Assembly: GCA_050252755.1 (NCBI GenBank) | Contig: JBFWKI010000014.1 | Coordinates: 4,347-68,346, forward strand | Source of the DNA: Sphingobium sp. | GTDB lineage: Bacteria > Pseudomonadota > Alphaproteobacteria > Sphingomonadales > Sphingomonadaceae | DNA length: 64,000 bases | Reading direction: 5' to 3' | Shown: one piece after another, positions 57,590 to 64,000 of the stretch | Numbering within the stretch: the first letter of the stretch is position 1 | How the letters are laid out: each line of letters begins with the position of its first letter | The notes under the pieces: generated by a model | Told to the model about the DNA's origin: nothing | Databases searched by the model: none | The model's input: the letters and a program-made list of their open reading frames with translations, nothing else | Position numbers and translations under genes: made by a program

Positions 57590-58938
57590 GCCGTATCGTC
57601 AGGATTCCCGGCCAGCCCGAGCCGAACCCCGCCCCGTTGCAGGGAACGCCGGGCGCGACGCTGCGCCGCGCCATCGCCGCGTCCGCCATGGGCAATGCGA
57701 CCGAATGGTTCGACTATGGCATCTATGCCTATGGCGTCACCTATATTTCCGCGGCGCTCTTTCCCGGTTCGATGGACGAGGCGATCCTGTTCGCGCTGGC
57801 GACCTTCGCCATCTCTTTCCTCGTGCGTCCGCTGGGCGGGCTGTTCTGGGGGCCGCTGGGCGACAGGATCGGGCGCAAGGGCGTGCTGGCGTTCACCATC
57901 CTCCTGATGGCCGGGGCGACATTTTGCGTCGGCCTCATCCCCGCGCATGACAGCATCGGGATATGGGCGCCGGTCCTGCTGATCCTGCTGCGGATGATAC
58001 AGGGCTTTTCGACCGGCGGCGAATATGGCGGCGCGGCCACCTTCATGGCCGAATATGCCCCCGATGACCGGCGCGGCTTTTACGGCAGCTTCCTCGAATT
58101 CGGCACGCTTGCCGGTTTTTCGCTGGGCGCGTCGCTGATGCTGGGCTTTTCGCTGATATTGGGGGAAACGCAGATGCACGCATGGGGCTGGCGCATTCCC
58201 TTCCTCGTCGCCGGGCCGATGGGGCTTATCGGCCTCTATCTGCGATCGAAAATGGAGGACACGCCGATTTTCCGCGCGGCGGAGGCCGAACGGGTCGCCA
58301 CACCGTCCCTTTCCACCCTTGCGCATCGTTACTGGCGGCCCCTCCTTGTCGTGGGCGGCCTTGTCGTCGCGCTGAACGTCGTCAATTATACGCTGCTCAG
58401 CTACATGCCCACCTATTTGCAGCGGCGGATCGGCCTGTCCGCCGACGAAGCGCTGATCGTCCCCATTATCGGCATGCTGTTCATGATGATCTGCCTGCCC
58501 TTTGCGGGCCTGTTGTCCGATCGCGTGGGGCGGCGGGCGATGTGGCGCGTCTCGCTGGTCGGCCTGCTGGTGTTGGCGGTGCCGCTCTATATGCTGATGG
58601 GCACCGGCATGGCGGGCGCGGTGGCCGGTTTCATCCTGCTCGGCCTGCTCTATGTGCCGCAGCTTGCGACGATCTCCGCGACCTTCCCGGCGCTGTTCCC
58701 GACCCATGTGCGCTTTGCCGGGTTCGCCATTGCCTATAATATCTCGACCTCGCTGTTCGGCGGCACGGCGCCTGCGGTCAACAGCGCGCTCATCGGCGCG
58801 ACCGGCGACCCGCTGGTGCCCGCTTATTATATGATGCTGGCCTGCCTCATAGGGCTTGCGGCGCTGCGCTTCATGCCGGAAACGGCGGGCCATTCCCTCA
58901 ATCAGGATCCCTTTGCACGGAGGACAGCGGAAAAATGA
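57586..58938 (+). CDS. MFS transporter of the MHS family (ProP-like osmolyte/H+ symporter)
   Basis: ...GNATEWFDYGIYAY..., ...VRPLGGLFWGPLGDRIGRKG..., ...QGFSTGGEYGGAATFMAEYAPDDRRGFYGS... are hallmark MHS/ProP motifs. ATGA overlap with the upstream MFS gene. Confidence 0.9.
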   Translation: MSRIVRIPGQPEPNPAPLQGTPGATLRRAIAASAMGNATEWFDYGIYAYGVTYISAALFPGSMDEAILFALATFAISFLVRPLGGLFWGPLGDRIGRKGVLAFTILLMAGATFCVGLIPAHDSIGIWAPVLLILLRMIQGFSTGGEYGGAATFMAEYAPDDRRGFYGSFLEFGTLAGFSLGASLMLGFSLILGETQMHAWGWRIPFLVAGPMGLIGLYLRSKMEDTPIFRAAEAERVATPSLSTLAHRYWRPLLVVGGLVVALNVVNYTLLSYMPTYLQRRIGLSADEALIVPIIGMLFMMICLPFAGLLSDRVGRRAMWRVSLVGLLVLAVPLYMLMGTGMAGAVAGFILLGLLYVPQLATISATFPALFPTHVRFAGFAIAYNISTSLFGGTAPAVNSALIGATGDPLVPAYYMMLACLIGLAALRFMPETAGHSLNQDPFARRTAEK

Positions 58939-60296
58939 CCTTTGCGGGCACGATTCCCCAATTCGATCGGCTGATCGCAAGCTATGTCGCCCACCCATGG
59001 TTGCAGTCGATGCTCTCGCTCGCCGCGCTGCTGCTCTTCGCATGGCTGGCCAACTGGGTCGCCAAGCGGGTCGTGCTGCAACTGGTGCTGCGCCTGATCG
59101 GCCATCTGCCCTTCTCGGTGGAGGCGCATCATCTGGGGCGGATCGTCGCCCGGCTTGCCAACATCGTGCCCGCGCTGGTCATCCAGAACGGCATCGGCGT
59201 GGTGCCCCACCTGCCCGCATGGACCATCGCGCTGGTGAAAAGCGGCTGCGCGGCGTTCATCATCCTGACCATCGCCATCGCGCTGTCGGGCGCGCTCAGC
59301 CTTGCGAACGAACTCTATCAGCGGCGGCCGGACGCCGTTAACCGCCCGATCAAGGGCTATGTGCAGGTCGTCAAGATCATCCTCTACGGCGCGGCGATCA
59401 TCCTCATCATCGCGGTGCTGATGAACCAGTCGCCGTTCCTGCTGCTGTCGGGCCTGGGCGCTATGGCCGCGGTGCTGATGCTGGTGTTCAAGGACACGAT
59501 CCTCTCGCTCGTCGCATCGGTGCAGATCGGCTCCACCGACATGGTGCGCGTGGGGGACTGGATAGAGATGCCGCAACTCAACGCCGATGGCGACGTGATC
59601 GACATCGCGCTGCACACGGTAAAGGTGCAGAATTTCGACAAGACCATCACCACCATCCCGACCTATCGCCTGATTACCGAGAGCTTTCGCAACTGGCGCG
59701 GCATGTCGGAATCGGGCGGGCGGCGGATCAAGCGCGCCTTTCACCTCGACCAGAACAGCATCCGCTTTCTGGATGAAGGCGATATCGACGGGCTGTCCCG
59801 CTTCGGCCTGCTGGCGGACTATCTGGAGGAAAAGCGCGACACCCTGACCCGCTGGAACGCGGAAAAGGGCGTGGAGGAACCGATCAACCGCAGGCGGCTG
59901 ACCAATATCGGCACCTTCCGCGCCTATGTGGTCGCCTATCTGCAATCACGGCCGGACATTGCAGAGGACAAGACGATGATCGTCCGCCAACTCGCCCCCA
60001 CCGAATATGGCCTGCCGCTGGAAATCTACGCTTTCGCCAATACGACGGCATGGGGCGCCTATGAGGATATTCAGGCGAACATATTCGATCATTTGCTGGC
60101 GATATTGCCGGAATTCGGGCTGCGCATCTTCCAGCGGCCGACCGATCTTTCCCGCGAACTATTGCGGGTCGATGGACCGGGGCCGGGGCCGGGGCCGGGG
60201 CCGGGGCCGGGGCCGGGGCCGGGGCCGGGGCCGGGGCCGGGGCCGGGGCCGGGGCCGGGGCCGGGGCCGGGATCGAGGGCAGCGCAGGACGATTGA
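58935..60296 (+). CDS. MscS-family mechanosensitive channel (YbdG/MscM-like) with C-terminal (Gly-Pro)16 tail
   Basis: Pore-helix region GLGAMAAVLMLVFKDTILSLVASVQI, beta-domain ...VRVGDWIEM...GDVIDIALHTVKVQNFDKTITTIPT.... ATGA overlap with the ProP-like gene. Confidence 0.9.
   Translation: MTFAGTIPQFDRLIASYVAHPWLQSMLSLAALLLFAWLANWVAKRVVLQLVLRLIGHLPFSVEAHHLGRIVARLANIVPALVIQNGIGVVPHLPAWTIALVKSGCAAFIILTIAIALSGALSLANELYQRRPDAVNRPIKGYVQVVKIILYGAAIILIIAVLMNQSPFLLLSGLGAMAAVLMLVFKDTILSLVASVQIGSTDMVRVGDWIEMPQLNADGDVIDIALHTVKVQNFDKTITTIPTYRLITESFRNWRGMSESGGRRIKRAFHLDQNSIRFLDEGDIDGLSRFGLLADYLEEKRDTLTRWNAEKGVEEPINRRRLTNIGTFRAYVVAYLQSRPDIAEDKTMIVRQLAPTEYGLPLEIYAFANTTAWGAYEDIQANIFDHLLAILPEFGLRIFQRPTDLSRELLRVDGPGPGPGPGPGPGPGPGPGPGPGPGPGPGPGPGSRAAQDD
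60174..60271 (+). repeat. hexanucleotide microsatellite (GGGGCC)15, in-frame (GP)16
   Basis: 15 perfect GGGGCC units span 60179-60268. In the MscS frame, codons GGA/GGG-CCG repeat 16 times (60174-60269) and are followed by GGA TCG. Confidence 0.95.
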
Positions 60297-60413
60297 AGCA
60301 CCGAGGCAAGGGCGATGGCAAGGGCGACGGCGCGGGCCTTTCCACGCGGCGCGCCCTTGCTCACCATGATCCGCCCCGCCTGTTTGACAGGCCGTTTCGA
60401 GACGGCAACGGGA

Positions 60414-60445
60414 GGTGACAGGCGCGATCTCATGACGCCGTCACC
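60414..60445. terminator. hairpin between convergent mscS-like and ompA-like genes
   Basis: GGTGAC(A)GGCG pairs with CGCCGTCACC, a 10-bp stem with one bulged A and an 11-nt loop. No clear U-tract. Confidence 0.35.
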
Positions 60446-60457
60446 GGAACAAAAGGC

Positions 60458-61078
60458 CTATTCCTCTTTTTCGTCGGCCGGCGCTGCCCCAGTGTCGGCG
60501 GGTGGCAGGCCCACCTCCATTTCGACGCGACGATTTTTCGCCCGGCCATCGGGATCGTCGCTGCCGTCCGGTTTGGCGCTGGGCGCGACGGGCCGATATT
60601 CGCCCAGAGCGATGACGGTGATGCGATCGGCCGCCACGCCCTTGGCCAGCAGATAATCCCGCACCGCTTCCGCCCGGTGCCGGGACGCCACCAGATTATC
60701 CGCATCCGAACCGCGCGCATCGCTGTGCCCGCGCAGGACGATCGGCCCCTTTTCCGCCATGATCGGCTGTTCCAGCAACGCGTCGATCTGGCCCTGCCCC
60801 GCCTCATCCAGCTTCATCCCGCGATCGGGAAAAGGAATAGTGATCGCGGCCGGTTCCGGCTTGGGCGGTGTGGCCGGTTGCACGACGGAGGGGCGAATGA
60901 TCGACCGGGAGGCGTGGGCCGCCGCCGCGTTGACGCTGTCTTCCGACGCCGCATTGCCCATGGCGGCGTCGGCGATATTTTCAGCCGCCGCCGATTCCTC
61001 CCTATCCGGCTTCCCCCCCTCGCAACCCGCGAGCATCAGGATAAGGGGCAGGACATAAAGGGTCGGTTGCTGTCTCAT
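60458..61078 (-). CDS. OmpA-domain lipoprotein (Pal-like peptidoglycan-binding protein)
   Basis: Lipobox ...LILMLAGC, and a C-terminal OmpA_C-like domain ...VLRGHSDARGSDADNLVASRHRAEAVRDYL...NRRVEMEV. ATGA overlap with the upstream antiporter gene. Confidence 0.85.
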   Translation of the reverse strand: MRQQPTLYVLPLILMLAGCEGGKPDREESAAAENIADAAMGNAASEDSVNAAAAHASRSIIRPSVVQPATPPKPEPAAITIPFPDRGMKLDEAGQGQIDALLEQPIMAEKGPIVLRGHSDARGSDADNLVASRHRAEAVRDYLLAKGVAADRITVIALGEYRPVAPSAKPDGSDDPDGRAKNRRVEMEVGLPPADTGAAPADEKEE

Positions 61079-62934
61079 GCTATGTTCTGGCTCCTGCTAT
61101 CATCCTCGTTCGTCTTTGCCTCCCTTTCCCCCGCCGCTTCGCCGTGACGGAACGGGGCGTAGGAAAGGATCATGTCCCCCGGTTGCGGCGTGGGACGCGT
61201 TGCATGGGTAAAGAACAGCAATTTCCCGTCGCGGCGGATGAGCAGCAGCATATCGCTGCCTTCCGGCAGGCTTTGCTGCGCCGCTTCGAAATCGAACTGC
61301 TCGCTGATCCGGGTCTTGCGGAAAACCCATCCGTCTCTTTCCCGCGCCATGATTTCTTCCACGCCGAGGCCGGAGGCAAACATCGCGCGGCCGCGCAGCG
61401 CTTCGGGCAGGCTGCGATGATCATCCGCCCCGCTGGCGACGCCCAGTTGATAGACCGCGTCCCGGCCGATATCCGGGGCGAATTCACTACACACCAGCGC
61501 ATTATAGGCTTCGTTGTCGGTGGTCGCGGCCAAGACCTGAAAACGGGCGAAATCCAGCCGTTCCTCGGTCGATTCCGCCAATATCTCCCCATGATAGGTA
61601 TCGAGGCCCGCCTGCCGGGCCGGAGCCAGCCGGTTCCAGCTCGTGTCGCTGATCGTCACCGGCACGCCGACCTGCTTGAGCTGGCCCGCCAGTTCGAGGC
61701 TCCACGAGGTCGCGCCCACGATCAGCAGACCCTTTTCCTCCGCGCCCGTCACCTTGAGCCAGCGCGCGACCCGGCGGATGCTGAATCCATGGGCGATGAT
61801 GGTCACGACGACGACGGAAAAGGACAGGGTGACGAGGATGCTGCCGTCGCTATAGCCGATGCGGTCGAGCCGCAGGGCGAACAGGCCGGACACCGCCACC
61901 GCGACGATGCCGCGCGGCGCGATCCACGCCACCAGCAGCCGCTCGTTCCACGGCACCCGGCTGAAGGCGAGGCTGAGCAATACCGTCGCGGGGCGCACCA
62001 GAAACAGCAGGGCAAGGAGGAAAGCGAGGAACCGCCATTCGAACTGGCGCAGCACTTCGAGGTTGAGCGACGCCGACAGCAGCACGAACACGCCGGAAAT
62101 CAGCAGGACGGTGATATTCTCCTTGAACGGGTGAATATCCCGCATGCTGTCCAGCCGCATATTGGCGATGGCGATGCCCATGATGGTGACGGCCAGCAGG
62201 CCGGTTTCCTGCTGCACCATGTTGGACAGCACGAACGCGCCGATAACGGCGACCAGCAGCACCGGCGCCTTGAGATATTCCGGCACATGGCCGCGCGGGA
62301 AGGTCCATGCGATGGCGCGGGCCATGCCGTAGCCGATCAGGCCCGCCACCACCGTCGCGCCCGCAAGAGAGATGATGACGGCCAGCAGCGTGCCCCCGTC
62401 CTCCGCCCGCCGCAGATATTCATAGGTGATGACGGCGCACAGCGCGCCAAAGGGATCGTTGACGATCGCTTCCCATTTCAGGATGGCGCGGGGGCGCGGC
62501 GCGATATTGCTCTGGCGCAGCAGCGGCAGGACGACGGTGGGACCGGTGACGACCAATATGCCGGCGAACAATATGGCGACGGGCCAAACCAGCCCCGCGA
62601 CATAATAACAGGCGATCGCGCCCAATACCCAGCCGACCGGAACGCCGATCATCACCAGCCGGGTGACGGCGCCCTCCGTCTTGCGCAATTCCCGGAAATT
62701 GAGACTCAGCCCCCCTTCGAACAGGATCAGCGCCACGGCGATGGACACCATGGGTTCCAGCATCTCGCCAAATGTATGTTCGGGGTGGATCAGGCCGGTG
62801 ACGGGGCCGGCAAGGAAACCCGCGGCCAGCATCAACGCGATGGCGGGCCATCCGGTGCGCCATGCGATCCACTGCGCGCCTATACCCAGAACGCCGATCA
62901 GCGCGATGACAAGTGCCTGCTGTTCCATTGCCAT
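61075..62934 (-). CDS. CPA1-family cation/proton antiporter with C-terminal TrkA/RCK-like domains
   Basis: ...AGPVTGLI...FEGGLSL...TGPTVVLPLL...ESGLND-like segment (AIVNDPFG). The C-terminal ...LLIVGATSWSLELAGQLKQVGVPVTISD... is a Rossmann-like RCK domain. Start at ATG 62934 or 62928. The 837-aa ORF extension has low GC3 and Arg-rich junk and overlaps the next gene. Confidence 0.85.
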   Translation of the reverse strand: MAMEQQALVIALIGVLGIGAQWIAWRTGWPAIALMLAAGFLAGPVTGLIHPEHTFGEMLEPMVSIAVALILFEGGLSLNFRELRKTEGAVTRLVMIGVPVGWVLGAIACYYVAGLVWPVAILFAGILVVTGPTVVLPLLRQSNIAPRPRAILKWEAIVNDPFGALCAVITYEYLRRAEDGGTLLAVIISLAGATVVAGLIGYGMARAIAWTFPRGHVPEYLKAPVLLVAVIGAFVLSNMVQQETGLLAVTIMGIAIANMRLDSMRDIHPFKENITVLLISGVFVLLSASLNLEVLRQFEWRFLAFLLALLFLVRPATVLLSLAFSRVPWNERLLVAWIAPRGIVAVAVSGLFALRLDRIGYSDGSILVTLSFSVVVVTIIAHGFSIRRVARWLKVTGAEEKGLLIVGATSWSLELAGQLKQVGVPVTISDTSWNRLAPARQAGLDTYHGEILAESTEERLDFARFQVLAATTDNEAYNALVCSEFAPDIGRDAVYQLGVASGADDHRSLPEALRGRAMFASGLGVEEIMARERDGWVFRKTRISEQFDFEAAQQSLPEGSDMLLLIRRDGKLLFFTHATRPTPQPGDMILSYAPFRHGEAAGEREAKTNEDDSRSQNIA

Positions 62935-63017
62935 TGCATAACCACGAAAGATGGAAATGATAACCATTCCCTTGCGTAAATTCTTTCCCCCTCGCCGCCC
63001 CCGCGCACGGCGGAAAG

Positions 63018-64000
63018 CTACTGGCCGGGCCGGGCCTTGGCCGGTGCTTGCGGGGAGAGGATATGCTCGCGGCGGATGCCCAGACCCAGCAACCGCGCTG
63101 GTATCCCCTGCAAGGGCGGGATGATTTGCAGCACGCGCACAAGAGCGGGCGCGCGCGGTGTCCGGCTGCGCATCGCGGCGCCGATGACGCGGCGATGGAT
63201 GATCCGCTGAAGGGACTGAATCACCTTGACCGGCAGCATCCGCCGCCGCTCCACCCGCTGCAACAGCGGATCGGGATCGGCGCCTTGTAAAAGCGGTTCC
63301 GCAAGGATGTTGGCCGCCGCGACGGCATCCTGAATGGCAAGGTTGATCCCGACGCCGCCCACCGGCGACATGGCATGCGCCGCATCCCCGATCGCCAGCA
63401 GGCCGGGGCGGTTCCAGCGCGTCAGCCGGTCGAGCGACACGGTCAGGCGCTTGACATCCTCCCACCGGGTTATCGCGCCGATCTCGCCTGCAAGGGCCGG
63501 AACCGTCGCGGCGACATCCTTGCAAAAGCGCTCGATACCCTCGGCCCGGACCTTCTCGGCCGTGCCCTTGGCAATCACCCGCGCACATTGGAAATAATCG
63601 CCCCGATCGATCGTGATGATCATCTCGCCCCCGTCGACATAGCCTTGCGTCCGATTATCCGGCGTCCGTTCCTTGGGCACGCGGAACCATAATATATCGA
63701 TGGGCGCGCCAAGATCCTGACGGGGCAGCCCCGCCGCGTCCCGCAAGGCGGAATCCCGCCCGTCCGCCGCGATCACCAGCGCCGCCCGGATCGTTTCCCC
63801 GCTCGCCAGCCGGACACCCTCTATCCGCCGCGCCCCCGCCAGCAAGCCGGTCGCCTCCTCCCCCATCCGCAGGGAAAAAGCGGGGAATCGCCGCGCCTGT
63901 TCGGCCACGAAATCGAGGAAATCCCATTGGGGCATCATCGCGATAAACCGCGCCTTGCCCGGCAAACGGCGGAAATCGGCGATCGCATAGGGTTGACCGG
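63018..64000 (-). CDS. FAD-dependent monooxygenase (UbiH/PHBH-fold), N-terminus outside window
   Basis: ...VIAADGRDSALR... and ...LLAIGDAAHAMSPVGGVGINLAIQDAVAAAN (FAD/substrate-binding fingerprints). The reading frame stays open to base 64000. Confidence 0.85.
   Translation of the reverse strand, partial: GQPYAIADFRRLPGKARFIAMMPQWDFLDFVAEQARRFPAFSLRMGEEATGLLAGARRIEGVRLASGETIRAALVIAADGRDSALRDAAGLPRQDLGAPIDILWFRVPKERTPDNRTQGYVDGGEMIITIDRGDYFQCARVIAKGTAEKVRAEGIERFCKDVAATVPALAGEIGAITRWEDVKRLTVSLDRLTRWNRPGLLAIGDAAHAMSPVGGVGINLAIQDAVAAANILAEPLLQGADPDPLLQRVERRRMLPVKVIQSLQRIIHRRVIGAAMRSRTPRAPALVRVLQIIPPLQGIPARLLGLGIRREHILSPQAPAKARPGQ

Noticed and set aside
60174-60271. Possible CRISPR array or other spaced repeat
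   Set aside because: The units are contiguous 6-mers without spacers and lie in-frame inside a CDS, so this is a microsatellite and not a CRISPR array. I recognised no cas genes in the window.
60089-60367. Antisense ORF through the GGGGCC repeat beginning MVSKGAPRGKARAVALAIALASVLQSSCAALD(PG)n, which superficially looks like a lipoprotein signal peptide followed by a PG repeat
   Set aside because: It would overlap about 200 nt of the conserved C-terminal body of the MscS gene. Third-position GC drops after the repeat, the lipobox (LQSSC) is atypical, and no SD is evident. It is worth a proteomics glance, but I do not call it a gene.

Overview
High-GC DNA (roughly two-thirds G+C by eye, not computed), densely coding, most likely from a sphingomonad alphaproteobacterium (Novosphingobium/Sphingobium-like; an inference from gene content, not a search result). 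I recognised no rRNA, tRNA, CRISPR array, transposase or integrase. Bases 1 to about 52 kb form a large catabolic island for a hydrophobic substrate, probably terpenoid, steroid or lipid-like. It holds three TonB-dependent receptors (one partial), two class-I cytochrome P450s, two putidaredoxin-type [2Fe-2S] ferredoxins and two KshA-like Rieske oxygenase alpha subunits. It also holds a GMC oxidoreductase, two aldehyde dehydrogenases, an acyl-CoA synthetase, four tandem acyl-CoA dehydrogenase genes, several crotonases, two SDR-type HADH plus thiolase pairs, an SCPx-type thiolase plus DUF35 pair, many SDRs, and AraC, two TetR and IclR regulators. Many modules occur as diverged paralogous pairs. 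Bases 52 to 60 kb carry an ectR-ectABCD (hydroxy)ectoine cluster extended by two MFS transporters and an MscS-type channel, all tightly coupled. An OmpA-like lipoprotein, an RCK-domain cation/proton antiporter and a partial FAD monooxygenase follow. Four signals stand out beyond the gene calls. (1) A 15-bp PcaR/IclR-like box recurs as tandem pairs with an exact 19-bp offset in most promoters of the island. (2) A perfect 48-bp palindrome lies at 39068-39115. (3) A (GGGGCC)15 repeat encodes a (Gly-Pro)16 tail on the MscS channel. (4) An orphan oxidase subunit III/IV-like operon is coupled to an unknown membrane protein. All functional calls rest on motif recognition in the supplied translations. 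No database search, HMM or alignment program was run, and start codons are best guesses.
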